38,340 bases of DNA. Origin: Armatimonadota bacterium. Its GTDB lineage: Bacteria > Armatimonadota > Hebobacteria > CAIYQO01. The DNA lies in assembly GCA_038215455.1 (NCBI GenBank), contig JBBQQW010000002.1:1-38340 (forward strand). Direction: 5' to 3'. The position numbers and the translations under genes were made by a program. This document shows positions 15,864 to 23,118 of this stretch, in pieces (the first letter of the stretch is position 1; each line of letters opens with the position of its first letter). The notes under the pieces were generated by a model, which saw nothing but the letters and a program-made list of their open reading frames with translations, was not told the origin of the DNA and made no database searches.

Positions 15864-16130
15864 ATGACAAACGTAGATATGGTAGTAGTTTTTGATGCCA
15901 CGTCTGAAGTGCAGGCGCTGCTCTTCCGCGATATGCTGACGGAAGCCGGTATCGAGGTATACGAACACCTGCTGGAGGATGACACCTTCGAGGGTGTGAT
16001 GCAGAATTCGTTGCACAGTCAACTGATGGTAAGTCCCGAGGACGAAGCCCGCGCCACCGAGTTGATCGTCGCCTTCACCGAAGAGTCCGCCTCCGGCGAG
16101 CTGGATGCAGGTGATGAAATACGCGGGTGA
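15864..16130 (+). CDS. Small acidic protein, DUF2007-like (putative signal-transducing fold)
   Basis: 88 aa with a strong SD. The pattern VVVFDATSEVQALLFRDMLTEAGIEV resembles the DUF2007 family; this is a weak call made from memory. Confidence 0.5.
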   Translation: MTNVDMVVVFDATSEVQALLFRDMLTEAGIEVYEHLLEDDTFEGVMQNSLHSQLMVSPEDEARATELIVAFTEESASGELDAGDEIRG

Positions 16131-16235
16131 GCAGACCAAGGCTGATGAAGCATAAGGGCAGCGCCCCAGGTCTGGTTTTTAGCTATGGTAATAACCAAGC
16201 CCGGTCAATGACGACCGGGCTATTGGGGGAGATAT

Positions 16236-19200
16236 ATGATGATCCGATGGTGGCGCTCGCTGAGTATATTACTGCTGTTGCTTCCTTTGCTGGTGGCAAC
16301 TGCGGCTGATAAATTGCCGACGAATACTGAGAATGTGCGCGTCCGCACGGTATGGACGGATAAAGGCGTATACTTCACTTTCGTAGTGGAGAAAGTCGGG
16401 GTCAACGGTAAGCACACTGGTTATCCCAGCCTGGCCTGGATTGATGATGCCGTCGCCGTCTACTTTGACCTGACCCCGGCTGGATCACCACGTCTCACCG
16501 ACAGTTGTCGGCGCGTCGTCATCAGTGCCGCTGGCGGGGCCGCCTTTCAGCGGGTGGTAAATGGCGAATGGCTGGATGACCCCACCGGGTTGAAGGATGG
16601 CAAACCCACCTTTGAATATGCGGTGAAGGTAGCTGTGGATCCACGTGATAAAGAGAAGCCCGCCACCGGATATACCGTGGAGTTAGGCTTGCCTTGGAAT
16701 CTGGTGTTGCCTCGTCTGCCGGAAAATCTCCCGCGGAGTGCCGTGCCGCGCACCCGTTTTGCCATGGCAGTTTATGACTTCGGCAATTCGCTCCCCGTGG
16801 GTATCTGGCCTACGGCGCTGTCGCTGAACAACGGCCTGCTTATCCCGGAGAAATGGGGCCAGCTGGGCTTTATTCAGGGGATGGGGGTGGAGAAACCCGA
16901 GGCGCAGCTGCTCAACGTCCCCTATTTACCAGATAACCCTAATGTCGATGGTGACGCGATGGGGCCGGAGTGGATGCTGGCCGGGGGCGTCAATCTCTCG
17001 TTTGCATCGGTATCCAATACCACGCGGAACAAATCGCGCGTGCAGGTATTTGCTGCCTGGTACAGCCTGGAGGATCCAACGCCGAATTTCCCCCATGTTC
17101 CGCTGGAGCCGCGCTGTTCCGGTGCTACCGCGCTGGAGCCGCTTTATCACATGGAGCAACTGACGAGCGCACGCACGGTGGGGGTAGATACCTTTGCCGT
17201 GGCACTGCCGGTGAACAATGCAGAACGTGCCCGCACCCGCACCGCCCTGTGTGCCCTGGTGGAAGCGCTGCGTGGATTTGACGAGGTTTATCGGAAAAAG
17301 GGCCTTAATTACGCAGTGCTCTTAATGCCCGTGCTCGATATGGGTGCGGCAAATAATCTTGATATGAAGACACCCGCCGGGCAGCTGGTGGCACAGAACG
17401 TACTGCAAGATTTCTTCGCGCTGGTACCGCCGCAATATCGGTTGCAATGCAGCGATATCAGCGGTGCGGCGCATCAGCCGGTGCTGCTGTCCGCCCCGGG
17501 CAAAAATGTGCAGTGGGACGAGAGCTTCTTTGCTGCATTACAGAAAAATTCCCGCTCCGCGGCCACGCTGCCTTTTGGCTGGTTGTTGGATAATAGCTAC
17601 CGGAGTATGGCCGTAGATCCGCATACACTCACGCTTTGTTCCTGGGATGCAGCTGCCGCTTTCACGCAGGGAGAGGGGCAGCTGAATGCCGCGCTCCTCG
17701 CCCCCGGGATGAGCGGCCCGTATAAGGATGCACAGCCGCGTCTGGATGGGGAGATATATCGCAACGCCTGGATGCAGCTGACGTCAGCGCAACCGGAGTT
17801 CGTGCTGCTGCGCAGCTGGAATGACTATCGCCAGGGGACAGAGGTGTCCGCCTCCACCCAGTATGGCATCGCCAGCCTGGATATCACGCGCGACTCGCTC
17901 ATCCGGCAGTCGCAGGCCTGTGCGGGCCAGATCAAGCTGCTGCGTACCAGCCTGCCGGCGGTAATCCGCCCGGGTATGACGGTTCCCTTCGATGTGCTGA
18001 TAAAGAATGGCTCAATGCGTGGCCTGCTCCCCTCTGGGGGGTTCGGCGTGCAGTACCAGATATTCCGCGACGGCCTGGAAGTAGCACATGGTACCGCATC
18101 AGATAACGTGGCATTGCTGGAGCAGATCCCCACACAATTGCAGTTATCTATCACGGCGCGGGACAATGAAGCCCGCCGAGATTGGAAGCCGGGAGATTAC
18201 CAGCTGAAGATCGGCTTCACACAGAATCGCATGTCTACCATCATCTTCTCTGCCTTCATCAAGACGGTGGCTGACTTCACTATCCCCTTCACCGTCGCAG
18301 ATAACGCGCCTCTGGTGCAGTTGCTCAATTGGGAATGCCCATCAATCGTCACCGTGGGGGACAAACCGAAGGTCGCGCTGCAGCTGCGTAACCTGGGGGG
18401 GGGCAAATGGGGTAACCAGGATCGACTGGCGTGGAGCTGGCGCGACGACAACGGCACCACCGTGCCCGATAGTGCGCTGGCGGCCACGCAGCTGCGAGAT
18501 ATCGCCCCCGGTGGCATAATGGACGTGAATATCCTGCTGGCACAGACCCCGAAGCTGCCGGGATGGTATACCCTGCACGCTGAAGTGCAGCGCGAGGGCA
18601 ACGCGGCCATATCGCTAGTTGATATCCTGGTGCAGGTCTCCGCAGCTGATTATCGTGCAGAATTCCTCAAGGTGCGGATCCCCGGTGTCATTGTCGAGAC
18701 CGATCGGATATTGGCCGGTGAGGTCACGCTGCGCAATAGCGGCAACACTACCTGGTTGGCGGGTAGCACGCAGATCAGCTGGCAATGGCTGGCTTGGGAT
18801 GGCACGCTGGTGCCGGGTGCCTCCGGCAGCTTCCCCCTCGCCGATGCCACCTCACCAGGTGACGAACTATCGGCCTCAATAAATATCCTCCCACCACCGG
18901 CTGGTTATGGCCAGTTCCGCTGCGTGCTGGGTGTCACTGTAAAAGGCATCCCTGCGCGCCTGTGGACAGCGCCAGACATCTCCGCCTCGCCTATTTATAA
19001 CGTGCTGGTGCGCAAATGGCATTACCTGCCCTTGAATCTGGCGGCGTATTTCGACAACTACACTGCGGCGGCGGATATGGATGCATCGCCATTGCGTGCG
19101 AACTTCGATGGCAAGGGCAATAGTTACCCGCTGGAAGAGTTCCTGCCCGACGCCACCCGTCCGGTACTGGGGTATCAGGCGGGATACCGCACCGGCAAGG

Positions 19201-19634
19201 TAGATATCACGGGGCCGGGATTCCGTTTTGCTGATCCCACCGGAGTACGTGCGCCCGTGGTGAAGGCCAGCGGCCAGAATATCAGCTGGGGCGGGGTGAA
19301 ATCCGCCGCTATCCACCTGGCCGCATCCAGTACCGCCCCGGTAACGGCCATCGCGGCGAAAGAATTCCAGTTTATCATCAACTACACGGACGGCAATGTC
19401 GCGGTGAAGCTGAAGGTGAGTAACTGGATTGACACCCCGGCTAACGGCGAACCAGTAATCTGGAAAACGCGCCATATCCACACCGCCGTGGGCAACGACT
19501 GGTTCAACAACGGGTCGATTTTCGCCTATAAAATACCACTCGACTCCAAGCGCACGGTGAAAGGAATATCCCTGCCCAACGACCCCGACCTGAAACTCTT
19601 CGCATTAACGCTGCAGGAGCCAGATGCGGAGTAG
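16236..19634 (+). CDS. Large secreted multidomain protein (CBM9/DOMON-like N-domain, glycosidase-like core, several Ig-like modules, C-terminal beta-sandwich)
   Basis: 1132 aa. SD GGGGGAG; signal peptide MMIRWWRSLSILLLLLPLLVATAA; VWTDKGVYFTFVV...DDAVAVYFDL (CBM9-like); RSWNDYRQGTEV (resembles WNEWxEG of GH99-like/WbsX domains); repeated ~100-aa modules of the pattern V...N.G...W. The function is not assignable. Confidence 0.8.
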   Translation: MMIRWWRSLSILLLLLPLLVATAADKLPTNTENVRVRTVWTDKGVYFTFVVEKVGVNGKHTGYPSLAWIDDAVAVYFDLTPAGSPRLTDSCRRVVISAAGGAAFQRVVNGEWLDDPTGLKDGKPTFEYAVKVAVDPRDKEKPATGYTVELGLPWNLVLPRLPENLPRSAVPRTRFAMAVYDFGNSLPVGIWPTALSLNNGLLIPEKWGQLGFIQGMGVEKPEAQLLNVPYLPDNPNVDGDAMGPEWMLAGGVNLSFASVSNTTRNKSRVQVFAAWYSLEDPTPNFPHVPLEPRCSGATALEPLYHMEQLTSARTVGVDTFAVALPVNNAERARTRTALCALVEALRGFDEVYRKKGLNYAVLLMPVLDMGAANNLDMKTPAGQLVAQNVLQDFFALVPPQYRLQCSDISGAAHQPVLLSAPGKNVQWDESFFAALQKNSRSAATLPFGWLLDNSYRSMAVDPHTLTLCSWDAAAAFTQGEGQLNAALLAPGMSGPYKDAQPRLDGEIYRNAWMQLTSAQPEFVLLRSWNDYRQGTEVSASTQYGIASLDITRDSLIRQSQACAGQIKLLRTSLPAVIRPGMTVPFDVLIKNGSMRGLLPSGGFGVQYQIFRDGLEVAHGTASDNVALLEQIPTQLQLSITARDNEARRDWKPGDYQLKIGFTQNRMSTIIFSAFIKTVADFTIPFTVADNAPLVQLLNWECPSIVTVGDKPKVALQLRNLGGGKWGNQDRLAWSWRDDNGTTVPDSALAATQLRDIAPGGIMDVNILLAQTPKLPGWYTLHAEVQREGNAAISLVDILVQVSAADYRAEFLKVRIPGVIVETDRILAGEVTLRNSGNTTWLAGSTQISWQWLAWDGTLVPGASGSFPLADATSPGDELSASINILPPPAGYGQFRCVLGVTVKGIPARLWTAPDISASPIYNVLVRKWHYLPLNLAAYFDNYTAAADMDASPLRANFDGKGNSYPLEEFLPDATRPVLGYQAGYRTGKVDITGPGFRFADPTGVRAPVVKASGQNISWGGVKSAAIHLAASSTAPVTAIAAKEFQFIINYTDGNVAVKLKVSNWIDTPANGEPVIWKTRHIHTAVGNDWFNNGSIFAYKIPLDSKRTVKGISLPNDPDLKLFALTLQEPDAE

Positions 19635-19635
19635 T
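19554..19635 (+). repeat. 82-bp direct repeat, copy 1 (authentic 3' end of the 1132-aa gene)
   Basis: acggtgaaaggaatatccctgcccaacgaccccgacctgaaactcttcgcattaacgctgcaggagccAgatgcggagtagt. It is 81/82 identical to 21972-22053. Confidence 0.9.
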
Positions 19636-19660
19636 GGATATTAGTATTGAAATGTTTCAC

Positions 19661-19736
19661 CCCGGAGGGGTGCTTATCCAATATCTACAATTGAATCGGC
19701 ACCCCTTCCCTCGCAGGGAAGGGGCTGGGGGTTAGG
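19661..19736. repeat. Family B repeat, partial copy (spacer + second hairpin + right terminus)
   Basis: cccggaggggtgcttatccaatatctacaattgaa...caccccttccctcgcagggaaggggctgggggttagg. It matches the right two-thirds of 14668-14804. Confidence 0.7.
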
Positions 19737-19777
19737 TGAAACCAATCGGCAAAGCGTCCGAAAAATCTATTATCGAA

Positions 19778-19918
19778 GGAATCAGTGATGAAGTGCGCTT
19801 CATTATTTGTGGATGAAAATCAGATGTGGTAGAACCCACTGCCCTGCCGTTCACGGCTGGGCGATAGGCTGGCGGGTACGAACACGCTAAACCAGCCTTG
19901 GAACTTGGAACTATTTTC
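19778..19918 (+). repeat. Family C composite intergenic repeat (plus orientation)
   Basis: See 5784-5930. It contains the terminator-like hairpin (19787-19810), a GC-rich block ending gccgttcacggctgggcgataggctggcggg, and ccttggaacttggaactatttt immediately before the SD of the V4R gene. Confidence 0.75.
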
Positions 19919-19970
19919 GCAAAGGAGATGAATTATATCGAACGAGCGTAAGTATGAATTCAGTTGGGAT

Positions 19971-20456
19971 TTGCTGGGCGACATTGCCCTGGGGCGGCCA
20001 AATCTGGGGGCGAACACGCGCATTGAGGTCTATCGCCTGATGCAGTTTTCCTTCCGTGATATTATCGAGCAGGAATACGGCACTGCTGCAGTGGACAAAG
20101 TATTCTACGCAGCAGGCAAGCTGGCCGGGCGCGAGTTCTACGCGCACCTGATGCCGGGGGTGACCGATTTCTCCAGCTTTGTAGCGAAGTTGCAGGAGTT
20201 GTTGCTGGAGCTGGGTATCGGGGTGTTGCGCATTGAAAAAGCGGATCTGGAAACAGGTGCGCTGGTGCTAACTGTGTCAGAAGACCTGGACTGCTCCGGG
20301 TTGCCGGATACTGGCGAAGTCATCTGCATCTACGATGAGGGGTTCATCGCCGGATTATTGCAGTGCTTCACCGGAAAAGAGTACGATGTAAAGGAGGTCG
20401 ACTGCTGGTGCGTGGGAGACCGCACGTGCCGCTTTACAGCAGATATAATCGCGTGA
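19971..20456 (+). CDS. V4R (4-vinyl reductase) domain protein; true start uncertain
   Basis: 161 aa from the TTG. V4R hallmarks: GRPNLG...VYRLMQF, GREFY, GIGVLRIEKADLETGALVLTVSEDLDCSG, ICIYDEGFIAGLL, CWCVGDRTCRF. The frame is open from 19932 (ATT ATA TCG AAC GAG CGT AAG TAT GAA TTC AGT TGG GAT). That stretch encodes ERKYEFSWD, which reads like part of the domain, but it has no canonical start codon. Confidence 0.75.
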   Translation: MLGDIALGRPNLGANTRIEVYRLMQFSFRDIIEQEYGTAAVDKVFYAAGKLAGREFYAHLMPGVTDFSSFVAKLQELLLELGIGVLRIEKADLETGALVLTVSEDLDCSGLPDTGEVICIYDEGFIAGLLQCFTGKEYDVKEVDCWCVGDRTCRFTADIIA

Positions 20457-20471
20457 GGATCGGGGCATTAT

Positions 20472-21978
20472 TTGGATAGGGGTAATCCGGCTGAAATTGA
20501 AGAGATCGTCGCTTTACTGACGATGGCGTTGGATGGCCGTGCGCAGCCTGCGCCGTTGCCCGCCGTGTGGGCGCAGCTACCTGAAATTGCTAACCTGTAT
20601 GACGGAATCCTTGTATTACGGCAGGTGGTGGTGGCGCTGGCATCTGGCGACCTGGCACCGGAGGTCACCCGGCGCGGCTTTGTGGCCGGTGCGCTGAAGG
20701 GGATGCAGTTCGAATCTGCGCCACCTCACCTGGCAGACGCAGATGATCGCAGCGGGGGACTATGCGCAGCGGGTAGCGTTCATGGGGGAGTTCTCCACCG
20801 CCTTTAACTCCATGGTAGTACATTTGGAAGAGGCGCGCGCGTTACTGGCAAAACAAAACGATGTATTGAGCCAGGAAGTCACCACCCGCAAGATATTGGA
20901 GGTGGCGGAGCGAGAGCAGCGCAATTTCGCCGAATCACTGAATCAGGTCAGCGCCATCCTCGGCTCCTCGCTTGACCTTAATCAGGTGCTGGATAGCATC
21001 CTCGATACTATTGGGCATGTTATCCCCTATGACGGCGCTTTCCTGGTGCTGCTGGAGGATGGGCAGGTGCGCATCGTGCGACAGCACCTTAACCTGGAGG
21101 GGAGCGAGCAGGATGTGACCAAACAGCCGATCATTCCGCTGGTGGATGCGGTGCCGTTGCGAATGATGTATGAAACGCACCAATCGGTCATCATCGAGGA
21201 GATGCCGGAGCACTTCTGCTGGCAACCCGAGGACGCGGAGTGCCCGATGCTTTCATTGCTGGGTGCCCCGATTATTATCCAGGACGAAGTGCAAGGGTTC
21301 CTGCTACTGGGGAGCAAACAGGCAAGTTTTTACCCGCAGCTTTCGGCAGATCGGCTAGCCGCCTTCGCAGCGCAGTCAGCATTGGCGATACAGAACGCCC
21401 GCCTCTTCCAGGATATCTACCGCCTGGCCACCACTGACTCGCTCACCGGCATCTATAACCGCCATCACTTCTATAAGATTGGCAGCGGCGAATTTGCCCA
21501 GGCGCAACGACAGCAGTATCCACTCGCCTGTATCATGCTGGATATTGATCATTTCAAGGATGTCAATGACACCTGTGGCCACGCCATGGGGGACGAAGTA
21601 CTACGCCAGACGGCCCGGACATGTGCGGCGCAATTGCGCGACAGCGATATCATCGGGCGCTACGGCGGCGAGGAATTTGTCATATTACTCCCCTACACCG
21701 ACACCGTCGGGGCACAGTTGATAGCCGAACGCCTGCGGCAGGCAGTGCTGCACACCACAGTTACCTGGGAGGATCAGCTACGCTCGATCACCATCAGCCT
21801 GGGCGTGGCGGTGATGCAGGATTCATCCACCATATACTCACTGATCAACCAGGCCGACCAGGCGATGTACCACGCCAAAGAGCAGGGGCGGAACCAGGTG
21901 CAGGTGTATAAATTGCATCCGAGTGAAACCCCTCACAACGCCCCCCAACAGCATTTAGCCGAGAAAATAGTACGGTGA
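20472..21978 (+). pseudogene. Sensor diguanylate cyclase (N-terminal region + HAMP-like linker + GAF + GGDEF) interrupted by a 1-nt frameshift near 20709
   Basis: Frame 1 (20472-) ends ...RRGFVAGALKGMQ. The +1 frame continues SNLRHLTWQTQMIAAGDYAQRVAFMGEFSTAFNSMV. Together these form one contiguous conserved linker motif as I recall it from related sensor proteins. Deleting one T in cagTTcgaat restores a single ~500-aa ORF. Confidence 0.65.
20743..21978 (+). CDS. GAF-GGDEF diguanylate cyclase (longest intact frame of the interrupted gene)
   Basis: 411 aa. GAF-like region (ILGSSLDLNQVLDSILDTIGHVIPYDGAFLVLLEDG...). GGDEF domain TDSLTGIYNRHHF, MLDIDHFKDVNDTCGHAMGDEVL, active site GGEEF with an upstream RDSD (RxxD I-site), QADQAMYHAKEQGRNQV. 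The stop codon lies inside the 82-bp repeat copy 2. Confidence 0.85.
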   Translation: MIAAGDYAQRVAFMGEFSTAFNSMVVHLEEARALLAKQNDVLSQEVTTRKILEVAEREQRNFAESLNQVSAILGSSLDLNQVLDSILDTIGHVIPYDGAFLVLLEDGQVRIVRQHLNLEGSEQDVTKQPIIPLVDAVPLRMMYETHQSVIIEEMPEHFCWQPEDAECPMLSLLGAPIIIQDEVQGFLLLGSKQASFYPQLSADRLAAFAAQSALAIQNARLFQDIYRLATTDSLTGIYNRHHFYKIGSGEFAQAQRQQYPLACIMLDIDHFKDVNDTCGHAMGDEVLRQTARTCAAQLRDSDIIGRYGGEEFVILLPYTDTVGAQLIAERLRQAVLHTTVTWEDQLRSITISLGVAVMQDSSTIYSLINQADQAMYHAKEQGRNQVQVYKLHPSETPHNAPQQHLAEKIVR

Positions 21979-22053
21979 AAGGAATATCCCTGCCCAACGA
22001 CCCCGACCTGAAACTCTTCGCATTAACGCTGCAGGAGCCGGATGCGGAGTAGT
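21972..22053 (+). repeat. 82-bp direct repeat, copy 2 (orphan duplicate of the 1132-aa gene's 3' end)
   Basis: 81/82 identical to 19554-19635 (G instead of A at 22040). It is not attached to the rest of that gene and provides the TGA stop of the GGDEF ORF. Confidence 0.9.
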
Positions 22054-22060
22054 CCGCCGT

Positions 22061-22454
22061 GCCATGGGCTTGTCGAATGGGCCCATGAGAACGGGGCTAA
22101 TGATAAGCGTTCGTAAATCCTATTACCCCGGAGGGGTTTAGGCTTATAGCCGGGGGTGAAGCGGAGCGGAACCCCGGGTTTTAGGTGCAAACACAACGAA
22201 GCCCCGGATGGTGCGACGGCTAAGCCGTCGCACCATCCCGGGCTTCGAAATTTTAAGAGGGCACATCACCCCGGGGTTCCGCTCTGCTCCACCCCGGGCT
22301 ATATTCCGTCACCACTTCGTGGTGGTTTATCTTGCGACCACATTCACCGCAACCCCGTTCTCATGGGCGAGACGCCCATGGCACAGACCAATAATGCAGA
22401 ACTATTTGGATGAAGCTCCCCTTTCGTGCTTTTCGTGTATTTCGTGGTTTTAAG
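22061..22454. repeat. Family D nested palindromic element (~390 bp)
   Basis: Three concentric inverted-repeat layers. Layer 1: gccatgggc..gcccatgagaacgg (22061-22094) vs ccgttctcatgggcgagacgcccatggc (22355-22383). Layer 2: tagccgggggtgaagcggagcggaaccccggg vs ccccggggttccgctctgctccaccccgggcta. Layer 3: the central near-perfect 23-bp-arm hairpin gaagccccggatggtgcgacggc-taa-gccgtcgcaccatcccgggcttc (22198-22246). The right flank carries (tttcgtg)x3. Related copy at 38212-38340. Confidence 0.7.
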
Positions 22455-22471
22455 TGCCTATCACGCACAAT

Positions 22472-22501
22472 TTGACTTTTACCACCCCGAAAGGGTAATA
22501 T
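22472..22501 (+). promoter_or_regulatory. Candidate sigma70 promoter (TTGACT-N18-TAATAT) for the 173-aa gene
   Basis: The hexamers lie at 22472-22477 and 22496-22501. A second TTGACTTTTAC copy occurs at 22515. Confidence 0.35.
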
Positions 22502-22540
22502 TATGGTTGCGATTTTGACTTTTACAGTGTGGAGATATCA

Positions 22541-23050
22541 ATGGCGGAGAAGGCAACCTCAAAAACAGAGAAGACCCCGAAGGTAACGGCGTTGGCAGTT
22601 GGCGATCATGTGCGCTTGAAGGCGCGCGTGGCCAACCTGCACAAATCATTCCAGGTGACTGGCAGTGAAGTCGCCTCGAATTATGAGCCGGTGGATGGGC
22701 TGATTTTTTCGATCCGCAATATTGGTTCCGGCGACCTGGTGGCGCAGGCGGAAGGCGACCTCAGTAATTTCGTCATTGAGTTGCTGATCAATCGTACCTT
22801 CAATACCAAGGTAGCTTCGGCGAAAAACGCCCCGCGCACTTCCGAGCGTGAGACGGCGACCCCGGCTTACCGCCGGGTGCGCAAAGCATTGCGTGATGCC
22901 GCTGCGGCCGGACAATTTTTCACCTCCATCAAACCGGAGAGCTACCTCAGTAGCCCGCTGGCGAAACAACTGGATGGCTGGAAGATTATTAAAGTGTGGT
23001 CGAAGGATATCGCGATCCTCACCCGCTCCGAACATATGCCAGCAGGTTAA
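22541..23050 (+). CDS. Hypothetical protein (169 aa from the ATG at 22541)
   Basis: ORF with a GGAG SD 6 nt upstream of the ATG at 22541; the ORF-track GTG start at 22529 is less likely. I recognise no family motif. Confidence 0.6.
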   Translation: MAEKATSKTEKTPKVTALAVGDHVRLKARVANLHKSFQVTGSEVASNYEPVDGLIFSIRNIGSGDLVAQAEGDLSNFVIELLINRTFNTKVASAKNAPRTSERETATPAYRRVRKALRDAAAAGQFFTSIKPESYLSSPLAKQLDGWKIIKVWSKDIAILTRSEHMPAG

Positions 23051-23118
23051 ATACAACTTTCCATCATCCCGGGTGTCAAAAGGTTTGATGGGTTTATTCC
23101 CCATCCGGGAGAAAATCT

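Noticed and set aside
16197-16220. Perfect 9-bp stem hairpin (agcccggtc-aatgac-gaccgggct) between the 88-aa gene and the 1132-aa gene, considered as an intrinsic terminator.
   Set aside because: No U-tract follows; the sequence runs straight into the GGGGGAG SD of the next gene. It could be a leader structure, but the sequence alone does not decide.
20454-20474. TGA read-through or selenocysteine fusing the V4R protein to the cyclase N-terminus (same reading frame).
   Set aside because: Frame coincidence has a one-in-three chance. There is no SECIS-like hairpin immediately downstream, and stand-alone V4R proteins of this length are common. It is kept only as a remark under the cassette-decay finding.
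22156-22453. Two overlapping ORFs (85 aa and 81 aa) in the 21979-22528 gap.
   Set aside because: They are read straight through the nested family D palindrome. The peptide symmetry (…PGF…/…PGF…) reflects the inverted repeat. There is no SD and no known family.
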